Assembly: GCA_020696385.1 (NCBI GenBank)
Contig: JAEHCQ010000001.1
Coordinates: 256,001-320,000 of the forward strand
Source of the DNA: Methanobacteriota archaeon
GTDB taxonomy: Archaea > Thermoplasmatota > Thermoplasmata > SG8-5 > JAGLSY01
DNA: 64,000 bases
Reading direction: 5' to 3'
Part shown: in pieces, positions 39,301 through 50,341 of the stretch
Layout of the letters: every line of letters starts with the position of its first letter
How positions within the stretch are numbered: the stretch's first letter is position 1
Notes under the pieces: generated by a model
What the model saw: the letters and a program-made list of their open reading frames with translations, nothing else
Databases searched by the model: none
Told to the model about the DNA's origin: nothing
Translations under genes and position numbers: made by a program

Positions 39301-41758
39301 AATCATAGACCATACCCGGACACATATGCCGGTTGACGGAACATCCGAGCAGATCGTGGAAGCAGTAACTCCCCCAACTCCGGATACCTGGAACAACTAC
39401 ACTGTGGCTTCAGATATGGCTGTTGAAGGAACAGTCACAAATGACTGGTCTTTCATCGATGAGAATCCTCCAACAGGAGACACCGAGACCATCGAGGAAG
39501 TACTCGGTCCTGCCTTGGTCAACATTATAAATGGCGAATCCTTTGAATCCGCCTGGCCAGCAGGCTGGACGGTCGGGGGCGCCTGGACAAGAAGTGCCAT
39601 TGTGACACCTCCATATCACTTAACCGTAAATGCGGAGTGTGATCCAGATTCAGGAGCTGGCGACCTCACCACTAATATAATGGACACATCCAGCTACGAC
39701 CCTCTTCAGTTGGATTTCGGATATATCGATTCAGGTGTAGAAGCTGGTGAAGGAACTGTCTGGGCTTACACAAGCACTGCAGGTGGTACATGGGTGCAAC
39801 TTTTAGATGCAAATGGAGCAGCCACGTTCACAAAATACAGTAATACCTGGACCTTTGGAGCAAACCCAGAATATTTCTGGACAGGATTCCAACTTGAATT
39901 CAGGCTGGGCGGTGCACAAGGCAATGACGAATGGGCCATTGATTATGTTTGGCTCAATGGTACGGGCGTCGGCGCACCTTCACTCGAGCACAAGTGGACA
40001 ACCGACAGCATCCCGGCAGGATATGATGCATTGAATCTCTACGTAAGGGGTCTTTCATCAAACCCGGCAGATGATGTCTTCAGTGTGTTCTGGTCAAACG
40101 ATGATGTGTCATACGCAGATACTGGAATCAACATAGACCAGGCTGGAATGTCAACATATCCATCATACAGTTTCCCACTTGGAGAATCTGGGGTATTGTA
40201 CATACAGGTCATTGATGACAATACCGGAGATGCTGTTTTGACAACATGTGAGATCGACTCGATACGGCTTGAGTGGTATGAGAATACAGCAACACCAGCG
40301 TCTTACAGCCTGGAACACCAATGGCAGTTCGAGGACGTAACAGCAGCAGACAGCCACACCTTCCACGCCTTTGTTGGGTGGGATGGTGCAGGAGCGGGCG
40401 ATGATACATTCGCCTACTATGGCTCTGCCACAGGTGCATTCGCAGGTGAGGAATTCCTGATGTTCACGGACACCACAGCGGCAATAGACGAATACACATA
40501 CCCACTGGGTGCCGGATACACTGGTGCTTTCTATGTAATGGTGGAAGATACAGCCACAGGAGATGCTGAAGACACTGTTTACATAGACACGATGTATGTG
40601 GATTCCGCAACCGGCGGTCTTGGAACGGCCAATGATATCGTACTCAGATGGACTCTATCATCAGACGATGGAGCAGGAGCGGACGATGTTATTGGTTATG
40701 ACATCTACAAGGCAGATGCAGCAGTAGGCAACTACTACGAAGGCGCATATGTACTTGAGACAACCATACCCGCTGGCACGAACAACTTTATTGACACCAA
40801 TGAGGCACTGGACCCAGAGAACTGCTGGTACTACGTAGTTGCTACAGATGGCACATACGATAGTGTGGCATCAGGAATCGTGTCCAAGTTCGACACACTG
40901 CCCGCGGCCATAAATGTATTAGCAAACGGAGTGACACCACTCAGTATATCGATAGGAACAGGCATTATCACCCTGACCGCGGATATACTGGACAATACCA
41001 CCATTGACGAGAATGTATTCCCATTCCTGATAGGAGCGGAATGGTTCGACACTACCGATCCGGGTGTTGGTTTGGCCAATGCAATAGCCTCTCCAATTGA
41101 TGTGTTCTGGGATGGACCTCTAGATAGCATATCTGTGGTCATTGATACATCAAGCTGGGGAGCTGGCGATCATATCGTGAGTGTTCGTGGTAGATCACCA
41201 AATGGTTGGGGACCTGTAACTACGGTTACAGTCACCGTATCAGCACCAGAATATCTGATACCTGTGGTAGCTGGATGGAACCTCGTATCGCTTCCATTAT
41301 TGCCTGGAGATACATCTCTGCCAAATGCATTGATGGATATTGACGGAGATACTACCTGGAACATGTTCCATCACTATGATGGAGCTGCAGCCTATCACTG
41401 GAAGACCTACAACTCGGCCTTCCCCGGACTTAACCACAATTACGTGGATGAGGAAATGGGAGCTTGGATATTCGTGGACACTGTGGGAGATGGCTTCATC
41501 AAGGTAACTGGCACAGATCCATCAGGTACTACGATAAACCTGGTGGCTGGCTGGAACATGGTCGGCTTCCCATCGCAGGTCGAGGGATATACCGCAGGTG
41601 ATCTGAAGACGGATTCCGGAGGATTGGTCACATCGGTGGAGCGCTTCAATGGAGCAGCAGCCTATGATATCGAAGTCATGCCGGACATCGACCAATTCCA
41701 GATCGGTGAGGGGTACTGGGTGTTCTCCACAGGAGCATATATCTGGACAATACCTTAG
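36395..41758 (+). CDS. Large secreted non-protease modular protein (Omp28-like, CARDB, jelly-roll, FN3, Trp-rich C-terminal domain)
   Basis: Signal peptide after SD GGAGGGAG; ISESNENNN CARDB motif; same FN3 (WTLSSDDGAGADDV) and GWNLVSLP/GWNMVGFP domain as the proteases. Confidence 0.85.
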   Translation: MDIMGMHTNKKIGASILITMMLLASLTGLIGSGVMDSDPLVSAEPIDLSRQITSDRIPMKTGSTVLDSTPGIRQLTEYRADYKASEGENVILAAAEPLQINSLFPDVDTGRTVLLEIASGIDNGSFVPAYLYAGNQAAAYSRNDVALMELNSWMDGNIVAATYWGLQDKEFAPGEFNWLLGGDPADDAAMREYYTAPYGLDTFPAYLNSDTAGDPNDLMNAGGFAIDGGFAGKYDGSGAFYSDCDSTSTGRWDGAGGAVPEFIQDDLDARIATPSDLTMTLNGSYDDVLEEGTFSLAISSIGNMGDLGYDSNKFVTTFFIVDDYNTVVTRNNALGPTGPGYTVKDYNIRYSMQQWVGTDEALDGSLDSRGETVTYQDVAFSRNPTVRAANLGGGAMPAWNLNELGVIAAIYDEETMEVHQAVYYDFADNTPDIAIQATDVSYGLPPVAVVNETVFGPTSVGQTTFNIGYTNIIDCTLYVDEDEFASTPFDWYKLWEVGAGGWDDYTLDYDTGDVYLEYEWWADTSYIHGWLNYSATPNSGDIVPVHISIDNAGRSSSGSNVNVGIYDGDPTSGGALLGTHDAGVMASGSTVDFTYNWDSTGYQGYYSLCIIPDYLDAISESNENNNIAPVDVYIAPPMDVGAFAISSLVDQATYEWGPRNINANIGNMGTTSQGPFPVKIEINHLGSTTYLLNDDCESGILPGWTPDGPVAPGWDLRANAANSPATSWDFGDGNYGAGPHDYKLEFGPFDLTGAFTSAEWKWFHNYDWEAGWDGGVLDVSADGAAWTRVVSANGYDAALGTGYFNPIDGDAGSDAFTGASGGFVEDSVDLTPWLGDGTVWVRYWAGADDFAGGGTGWNVDDIRISKKTAAGGSLFTDVKDTTLTLGQGEGEEMTWNYDFNDEAEYQISVMTMLPGDAVATNNESVVNIFTMNSMPPGPATDVATEVGGSGGASVYQQTTSDIAVENNGGIIDHTRTHMPVDGTSEQIVEAVTPPTPDTWNNYTVASDMAVEGTVTNDWSFIDENPPTGDTETIEEVLGPALVNIINGESFESAWPAGWTVGGAWTRSAIVTPPYHLTVNAECDPDSGAGDLTTNIMDTSSYDPLQLDFGYIDSGVEAGEGTVWAYTSTAGGTWVQLLDANGAATFTKYSNTWTFGANPEYFWTGFQLEFRLGGAQGNDEWAIDYVWLNGTGVGAPSLEHKWTTDSIPAGYDALNLYVRGLSSNPADDVFSVFWSNDDVSYADTGINIDQAGMSTYPSYSFPLGESGVLYIQVIDDNTGDAVLTTCEIDSIRLEWYENTATPASYSLEHQWQFEDVTAADSHTFHAFVGWDGAGAGDDTFAYYGSATGAFAGEEFLMFTDTTAAIDEYTYPLGAGYTGAFYVMVEDTATGDAEDTVYIDTMYVDSATGGLGTANDIVLRWTLSSDDGAGADDVIGYDIYKADAAVGNYYEGAYVLETTIPAGTNNFIDTNEALDPENCWYYVVATDGTYDSVASGIVSKFDTLPAAINVLANGVTPLSISIGTGIITLTADILDNTTIDENVFPFLIGAEWFDTTDPGVGLANAIASPIDVFWDGPLDSISVVIDTSSWGAGDHIVSVRGRSPNGWGPVTTVTVTVSAPEYLIPVVAGWNLVSLPLLPGDTSLPNALMDIDGDTTWNMFHHYDGAAAYHWKTYNSAFPGLNHNYVDEEMGAWIFVDTVGDGFIKVTGTDPSGTTINLVAGWNMVGFPSQVEGYTAGDLKTDSGGLVTSVERFNGAAAYDIEVMPDIDQFQIGEGYWVFSTGAYIWTIP

Positions 41759-41782
41759 GGACATAAAGAAGTGCAACGTAAT

Positions 41783-41812
41783 GGGGAAGGTTCCAAGCCT
41801 TCCCCCCTTTTA
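41783..41812 (+). terminator. Hairpin plus T-tract
   Basis: GGGGAAGG/CCTTCCCC followed by T runs. Confidence 0.65.
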
Positions 41813-41943
41813 CTTTATTTTTACTTTTATTTATTACTGCCTTCCAGATAGGAGATGGATATTGGATCTATTCAACTGGAGTATATCCGTGGATGATACC
41901 CTAACCTTAACAGATTTATACCCGCCTCTCTATTCCACTTCCA

Positions 41944-43728
41944 ATGCTCGAAGTAAAATTGCGAGATGCGACCATCAGGTCAGGGACTTATACTGGTGAT
42001 GGATGGAAGCTTCCAATTCCAAACATCCTGTTCCCGGAAAGCCACAGGATGGATGCACCTGGCTATGCGGGAGGGATACTGAAGGAAAGCGATGGGAAGG
42101 ACGGTCTGCAAATGGAGATAGGTGGAACATCTATCTCCCTACCTGCTTATTCTGGAGTTCCAAATGGATATGACCCAAAAGGCTGTGAATTGCCCAATTT
42201 TACGATTAAGGATAAGATCGCGGTCATCAGAGCCAGCATAACCGATGAAGAGATGATCGGCCTTCGCGAGAAGGCGGATATATTCATTCTCGAGGGAGCC
42301 GCCGAGCTGTATCAGAATCCCTTTAGATTTGTCGAGATCATGCTTCGCATCAGAGAGGGGATCGGCTATCAGGGCATTCTTTACTTGCCCGGTGTGGCCA
42401 TGCCTCACAATATCGGAGTCTTACTTTACCTTGGCGCGGACCTGCTGGATGCCACTCGTGTGGTATTCCTAACACGCAAGAAAATGTTCCTCACATCTGA
42501 TGGAACTGTACCCAATGAGGATATCGATGAAGGGGAATGCGCATGCCGTGGCTGTGATCTCGATGCCTCGGCGAACGATAGGTTACGGGAGCATAATTTC
42601 CTCGCACTCCAGACAGAGCTTCAACAGGTCAGGGGTAAGATCGCGAAGAGAGGCCTAAGGCAATTTATCGAATACCGGGCGAAGACCTCGCCAGATCTGG
42701 TGGCCATGCTCAGGCTGATGGATAAAAGATATCCGGATTTTGAGGAAAAGAGATTTCCAGTTATTGGACCCGAATTCCAGGCCACCACGAGGCTTTCACT
42801 TGAAAGACCGGATGTCAAGAGATTCCGCGAGCGCATGTTGACAAGATACTGGAAACCATCGGATCCAGATATTCTTCTGATATTGCCATGCTCTGCCAGA
42901 AAGCCCTATTCCAAGTCAAAGAGCCATCAGAAGTTCAGGGAAGTGATCGGCAATTCCAGGGTCGGACACAGGGTGCATGAGCTTATCATCACATCGCCCC
43001 TTGGCCTCGTGCCAAGGGACCTGGAGCTTACCTATCCCGCCCAGCATTATGATATTCCAGTTACCGGTCACTGGTACGAGGATGAGAAGAAGATGATCAA
43101 TGTACTTCTCAAAGAATACCTGGCCATAAACAAATATGATCACATCATCATTCATTTTGGTGATGATGAGATATTCGGCGACCAGGAATATCTGGATGGC
43201 GCTATATCCACGGCTGGTGAAAGACCAACAGATGCACAGTCCCTTGTGAATCTCCAGGACGCACTGGATAATATTCCACTATTGGACAGCAAGCCAGATT
43301 GGAAGAAAAGAACATTGGAAGAGGTCACCAATATGGCCAGATTCCAATGGGGTGAAGATGCAACCGATATCTTCCACGGTTGCAATGTCAAAGGTCGCTA
43401 TCCGATCCTCAAGATCAGGAAAGGAAATAAACAACTGGCCATGGTATCCGAGGCCAGTGGATTCCTTATTCCCACCCTGGACCTGGCGGAGCTCATGGTG
43501 GAGAAGGATCTGTACACGGTGAAGATGCATGATTTTGATCTGATTGGCAATCTGTTCGCGGTTGGAGTGGAGGAAGCCGATCCCCGGATAAGGATTGGGG
43601 ATGAGATCTGCATAATCGACCAGGACGGCTTATTAAGAGCAGCTGGCACTGCGAAGATGAATGCGGATGAGATGGTGCAGAGCACGAAAGGCGAAGCAGT
43701 GCGAGTGCGGCATAAAGCTAAGGTCTGA
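41944..43728 (+). CDS. arcS: Archaeosine synthase subunit alpha (TGT-like, DUF5591, PUA)
   Basis: LPCSARKPYSKSKSH, ITSPLGLVPRDLE, YPAQHYDIPVTGHW, C-terminal PUA domain. Confidence 0.93.
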   Translation: MLEVKLRDATIRSGTYTGDGWKLPIPNILFPESHRMDAPGYAGGILKESDGKDGLQMEIGGTSISLPAYSGVPNGYDPKGCELPNFTIKDKIAVIRASITDEEMIGLREKADIFILEGAAELYQNPFRFVEIMLRIREGIGYQGILYLPGVAMPHNIGVLLYLGADLLDATRVVFLTRKKMFLTSDGTVPNEDIDEGECACRGCDLDASANDRLREHNFLALQTELQQVRGKIAKRGLRQFIEYRAKTSPDLVAMLRLMDKRYPDFEEKRFPVIGPEFQATTRLSLERPDVKRFRERMLTRYWKPSDPDILLILPCSARKPYSKSKSHQKFREVIGNSRVGHRVHELIITSPLGLVPRDLELTYPAQHYDIPVTGHWYEDEKKMINVLLKEYLAINKYDHIIIHFGDDEIFGDQEYLDGAISTAGERPTDAQSLVNLQDALDNIPLLDSKPDWKKRTLEEVTNMARFQWGEDATDIFHGCNVKGRYPILKIRKGNKQLAMVSEASGFLIPTLDLAELMVEKDLYTVKMHDFDLIGNLFAVGVEEADPRIRIGDEICIIDQDGLLRAAGTAKMNADEMVQSTKGEAVRVRHKAKV

Positions 43729-43844
43729 TTCATCAAGGATTTAAAAATACCCGAGCGAGCAGGCTCATGCGAATTTTTCTTTGTCACCCCTCTCTTTCTT
43801 TTAGAGCATGAGCCAGCACAGCGAGGACAAAAGAAAGAGTGGGG
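43729..43844 (+). mobile_element. Structured insert between two copies of the arcS 3' end
   Basis: Flanked by the 17-bp direct repeat GGCGAAGCAGTGCGAGT (43690, 43845); internal pairings GGCTCATGC/GCATGAGCC and CCCC-TCTCTTTCTTTT/AAAAGAAAGAG-TGGGG. Confidence 0.55.
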
Positions 43845-43872
43845 GGCGAAGCAGTGCGAGTTAGGCATAAGG

Positions 43873-44778
43873 TCAAAAAGTAGTGATCTTTTTTGACCTG
43901 GATCTTCTGACTTTACCTCTTGTACGGACCTTTCTCACCGTCAATAGAATTCCTAGAAGAGTTAATGCGCCTCCAATTATCACCAGAATGGATCCAGGTG
44001 TTTCTCCGAGCAAAAGAAAGGCCAGAGCTGTTGAACCTATGGGCTCGGCCAGTAGACTTACAGATACGACTGATGCTGTCACATGTTTGAGCGCCCAGTT
44101 GTACAAAGTATGACCCAATAAGCCAGGTATGGCGGCCATGGCGATGAACAAGTAAAAATCTTCTTTTGGATAGGGGTAGAATTTCGTGGACGTGGTCAGG
44201 CACATGATAGCCAGGAATATGGCACAGAATATGTAGACCAAAAATGCATAGGAAAGAAGAGATACATCACGGCGCATCCTTCTTCCAGCCAGTATGTACA
44301 GACCTGCACACATTCCGGCAATGAGGGCAAAGACATTACCAATTATATTTCCTGCACCCATATCACCCCATGACAGAATGATTATTCCGAGAATGGCGAC
44401 GGTTATACCTAAGGCATTGGTCTTGGACACTGGCTCCTTCCACAGATAGTAGGATAATCCAGCCACCAGGATTGGATGGGCAGTTACAAGGATTACTGAA
44501 CTGGCCACCGTGGTTAATTCCAGAGAGCGTATCCATAGAGAAAAATGAGTTGCCAGCACTAAGCCAATGAGTGCTGTCTTGCCTATGCCCTTCCAGCCCA
44601 GTGATCTTATCTCATCCCGCTTGTAAAACAAGGCGAATGGTAGAAGGAACAGGGTGGTGAAAAAAAGCCTCCAGAAAGCGATGGCCAGTGCGGGAGCTGT
44701 GGCCCACCTTATGAGTATCGCTGAAAAGGATACTGAGATAACGGCGATCATGACCGCGAGCTCTGGCTTTTTCATCAT
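43873..44778 (-). CDS. DMT/EamA family transporter
   Basis: Ten hydrophobic helices, GHTLYNWAL, LAEPIG motifs. Confidence 0.9.
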   Translation of the reverse strand: MMKKPELAVMIAVISVSFSAILIRWATAPALAIAFWRLFFTTLFLLPFALFYKRDEIRSLGWKGIGKTALIGLVLATHFSLWIRSLELTTVASSVILVTAHPILVAGLSYYLWKEPVSKTNALGITVAILGIIILSWGDMGAGNIIGNVFALIAGMCAGLYILAGRRMRRDVSLLSYAFLVYIFCAIFLAIMCLTTSTKFYPYPKEDFYLFIAMAAIPGLLGHTLYNWALKHVTASVVSVSLLAEPIGSTALAFLLLGETPGSILVIIGGALTLLGILLTVRKVRTRGKVRRSRSKKITTF

Positions 44779-44832
44779 TGATGGATTGATAAGGTTGTAT
44801 ATATAGGATATGAAAAAAGAAAGTAAAAGGGA

Positions 44833-44856
44833 AAAGGCCGCCTATGAGCGGCCTTT
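44833..44856 (-). terminator. Terminator of the acl-icd unit
   Basis: AAAGGCCGC/GCGGCCTTT stem with minus-strand T-tract. Confidence 0.65.
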
Positions 44857-44876
44857 CATTCTATGCTTCCGCCTGA

Positions 44877-47111
<2,235 letters not shown>

Positions 47112-48974
47112 TTACTCCTTCATGTAAAGGATATCATCCCACGGATGCCTGTACATCGGTTGCTTCAATCTCTTCTGGTCCATATGATGACCCATGAAAC
47201 CAATGCTTCTTCCGAGAACGAAAAGACCGTTCAATGCACCCATATTGATGTATTCATCCGCCACATTCTTGGGGAATTCATTCCTCAGCATATCGGCGAA
47301 GCATATTCCAATGACACCATCCACATTCAATATGAGATTGTCACGCTTGGAAGTAGTTAATTTCTCAACTTCCAACGCATAGTCCAGCAATGGTGATTTC
47401 TTGAAGTTCTTCTTCACGTAGTTCTTCATCACTGTCACCCTCATATCCGGATTGTGCACGCTCTTCACACGGTGCCCGATACCCTGGATATTGACACCTT
47501 TGGCTTTCATCTCATCGATGAATTCCTGAGGCGTGAGTCCCCTATCATAAGCTGATGAGAACATCTGGGCAGCTCCGTCTATCGCGCCTCCGAACCTTGG
47601 CCCGATACATAGCAGGCCGCTCACAAGCGAAGAAATTAGATCCTTGCCAGCTCTTGTTGCGACGATCGTATTATGTGCACCGGAAACAGCTGGTCCATGG
47701 TCGGCTACGACCATGAGCACGTTCTCGATGAATTTGCAAGCGTATCTTGGCATCAATTTCTTGAACCACAGTATACTGAGAACACCGCCCAGACCGATAT
47801 CTTTCTTGAACACATCGGATATCGCCATGTCGCCATAGAATAGCTCCTCACCCCTCTCATCAGAGATGGTGGAGATAAAGCTGGATGGCTTTCTTATTTC
47901 TCCAGCCTTCATAGCCTTGGCATAATCTGCTGGCATTATCGGAGCAACTGGTTCTGGGCCTGGTTTTATCTTACCATTCTTGACCAGTTTCTTGTAGGTT
48001 TGATTGATCTTCAGAGCATAGTCATCGAAAGAATTTGGCACGATCGCGCCTGCTTTCTTCAATGCCTTGTTCTTGGCATCGGCTGTCTCGGCTTCCGCAT
48101 CCGCCTTGGCGCCCGCATGTCCGAATTGAACATCGGTCTTGAAGGCCTTGGCGCAGGTGCCAGTGACCCACATTACCAGTGGCTTCTTTATCTTCTTCTT
48201 ATCGAGAGCCTCGACGATATTATATTCATCAACTCCGCCGACCTCTCCCAAGCATACCAGCATCTTGACCTTCGGATTCTTCTCATATCTCATGAGATGA
48301 TCCATCAATGTGCTTCCTGGGTACATGTCGCCTCCGATGGCGATCCCTTCGTAGAGACCGTCGGTGTTACGGGCGATGATATTGTAAGCCTCATTGCTCA
48401 GACCGCCGGATTTGGATACGAAACCAACAGAGCCAGGTCTTCCGAGCTTGGACTCGATGATATTGTCGATCGTTCCCGCGGTATTACCTATCTTGAAAGC
48501 TCCGGCCTGAATTCCACCAACAGTGGCTGGTCCGATTATAACACGGTCCAGTTTCTTGGCCTTGGCGATAAGCTCCTTCATCCTACGCTCTGGCACGCCT
48601 TCTGCAATTACGACGATTGTTTTCAATTGCTTTATCTCGAAGGCTTCCTCAACAGATTTAGGTGCAGACCTGAATGATGCGAAACTGATCATCACATCCA
48701 CGTTTTTGTGCTTCTTTGCCGCGTCCTTCATGGACTTGAACACAGGGATCAATATCTCCTTTGGTCCGAAGAAGAACTTCTCCAGACCATCCTTGCCAGT
48801 CGGGTTGATGATAGCCGCGACCGATGGTGTTTCCCTGTCGCTTACATAATCGAAATCAAGCATTCTCTGGGTCGCTGCCACCTGCCTGTTGTAGATGAAG
48901 GCCTGTGTTGTTTTATCGAAAAGCTCGTATGATTTCTTTTCGGTCTTTTTCTGAGTTGTCTTTTTAGCAGCCAT
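47112..48974 (-). CDS. aclA: ATP-citrate lyase alpha subunit (CoA-binding plus citryl-CoA lyase domain)
   Basis: [23 protein letters not shown] (phospho-His), [24 protein letters not shown]. Confidence 0.95.
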   Translation of the reverse strand: MAAKKTTQKKTEKKSYELFDKTTQAFIYNRQVAATQRMLDFDYVSDRETPSVAAIINPTGKDGLEKFFFGPKEILIPVFKSMKDAAKKHKNVDVMISFASFRSAPKSVEEAFEIKQLKTIVVIAEGVPERRMKELIAKAKKLDRVIIGPATVGGIQAGAFKIGNTAGTIDNIIESKLGRPGSVGFVSKSGGLSNEAYNIIARNTDGLYEGIAIGGDMYPGSTLMDHLMRYEKNPKVKMLVCLGEVGGVDEYNIVEALDKKKIKKPLVMWVTGTCAKAFKTDVQFGHAGAKADAEAETADAKNKALKKAGAIVPNSFDDYALKINQTYKKLVKNGKIKPGPEPVAPIMPADYAKAMKAGEIRKPSSFISTISDERGEELFYGDMAISDVFKKDIGLGGVLSILWFKKLMPRYACKFIENVLMVVADHGPAVSGAHNTIVATRAGKDLISSLVSGLLCIGPRFGGAIDGAAQMFSSAYDRGLTPQEFIDEMKAKGVNIQGIGHRVKSVHNPDMRVTVMKNYVKKNFKKSPLLDYALEVEKLTTSKRDNLILNVDGVIGICFADMLRNEFPKNVADEYINMGALNGLFVLGRSIGFMGHHMDQKRLKQPMYRHPWDDILYMKE

Positions 48975-48975
48975 C

Positions 48976-50253
48976 TTATTTACCTCCTTTCAAAGCCATG
49001 GAAACAATGTTCGTCATGTGAGTCTCCGGTCCATAGACCTCGATGTCCAGACCGATCTCTTCCTTTAGGGCTCCGATGTTCTTCAATCCAGCTGCATAAT
49101 TCGGTCCGCCCCTTCTGACATATATCTTGACATTCTGTTTCTTCAGTCTGTCACCGTATTCGCGAAGTGCTCGAATGATGCCAGTGAAAGTTTTAGCAAC
49201 ATCTGTGAAGTTGGCGATACCTCCGCCAACTATCAGGTACTTGCCCTTCTTATTCGGTTTCTGGGTCATCAGGTCCAGTATGGTCTTCGCATAAAGGTAA
49301 GTGAATTCCTCATTGGGATTTCCAGAGTATTCACCATAATTGGCCATCTCATCCATGAAGCCCAGATCGGTGATCGTGTCAGCGTAGATAACGGAAGCTC
49401 CGCCACCTGCGACCATGGTCCATATCCTTCCTTCTGGGTTCAATACGGTTAATTTCAGGGAAGAGCCGGTCTTTCCATCCAGCATGTCGATATACTCCTC
49501 CTCCGGAGTCCTTATTCTGCCAAATGGTGATGGGAACTCGACATCGCCCCATTTCTTGCCAGAAACAAATCGAGCAGTATCATCCAGCTTGGCAGCCAGA
49601 TCAAGTGGGTAAACATCCTTTCCCACGACAACCACTGGGTTTATCTCCAGATAAGCGAAGTTCAGGTCTGCGTAGAACTTGTACATGCCCTCGAAGAACT
49701 CTGCCAGCATCTTCTTGCGATCCTTTGGAGCCTTGGCCACGAGCTTCTTCTCAAACTCAGCGGCTGTTGGCATTTCACCCACTGGCACGAGCATCTTGGT
49801 CGCCTTCGCATCAATATCTCCAACATCCACTCCTCCTTCATGGTAGAAAAGAACAAGGTCGCCTTCCAATACCGAGGTAATGGCGAAGTAATACTCATCC
49901 TTCTGCTCATGTGGTATGAAGGGCTCGACAATGAAATGATCCAGTATGCCAGTTGTCTTTCCAACTGTGACTTTCTTGCTCATCCTTGCCTTGATCCATT
50001 TCTCGGCTTCTTTCCAGTCCGTATTAAGCAAAAGCAGCTTGCTCTTGCCTCGCCTCTTGATAAGCTGGTCTGGCTTCACGACCAACTTCTCCTTCAATAA
50101 CCATTTGTACTTATTTGGTAATTTCTTCATATCAGTCTCTGGTCCGATGGTGATATACCTGTCCTTGACAGGGTATTTACCGCCAGTGTAATCTTTCAAT
50201 AGGCGGGCCATCATCTTCTTTCCGTCCGCCTCTCTTATTGCTTTTTGTGCCAT
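48976..50253 (-). CDS. aclB: ATP-citrate lyase beta subunit (ATP-grasp)
   Basis: [60 protein letters not shown]. Confidence 0.95.
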   Translation of the reverse strand: MAQKAIREADGKKMMARLLKDYTGGKYPVKDRYITIGPETDMKKLPNKYKWLLKEKLVVKPDQLIKRRGKSKLLLLNTDWKEAEKWIKARMSKKVTVGKTTGILDHFIVEPFIPHEQKDEYYFAITSVLEGDLVLFYHEGGVDVGDIDAKATKMLVPVGEMPTAAEFEKKLVAKAPKDRKKMLAEFFEGMYKFYADLNFAYLEINPVVVVGKDVYPLDLAAKLDDTARFVSGKKWGDVEFPSPFGRIRTPEEEYIDMLDGKTGSSLKLTVLNPEGRIWTMVAGGGASVIYADTITDLGFMDEMANYGEYSGNPNEEFTYLYAKTILDLMTQKPNKKGKYLIVGGGIANFTDVAKTFTGIIRALREYGDRLKKQNVKIYVRRGGPNYAAGLKNIGALKEEIGLDIEVYGPETHMTNIVSMALKGGK

Positions 50254-50341
50254 TCTTTATTCCTCCTCTTTTTATTTTCTCTCGATATTCATTATTTTTT
50301 GGATATGTATATCTCATTCCTTAACGGGTAGGGCAATAGCC

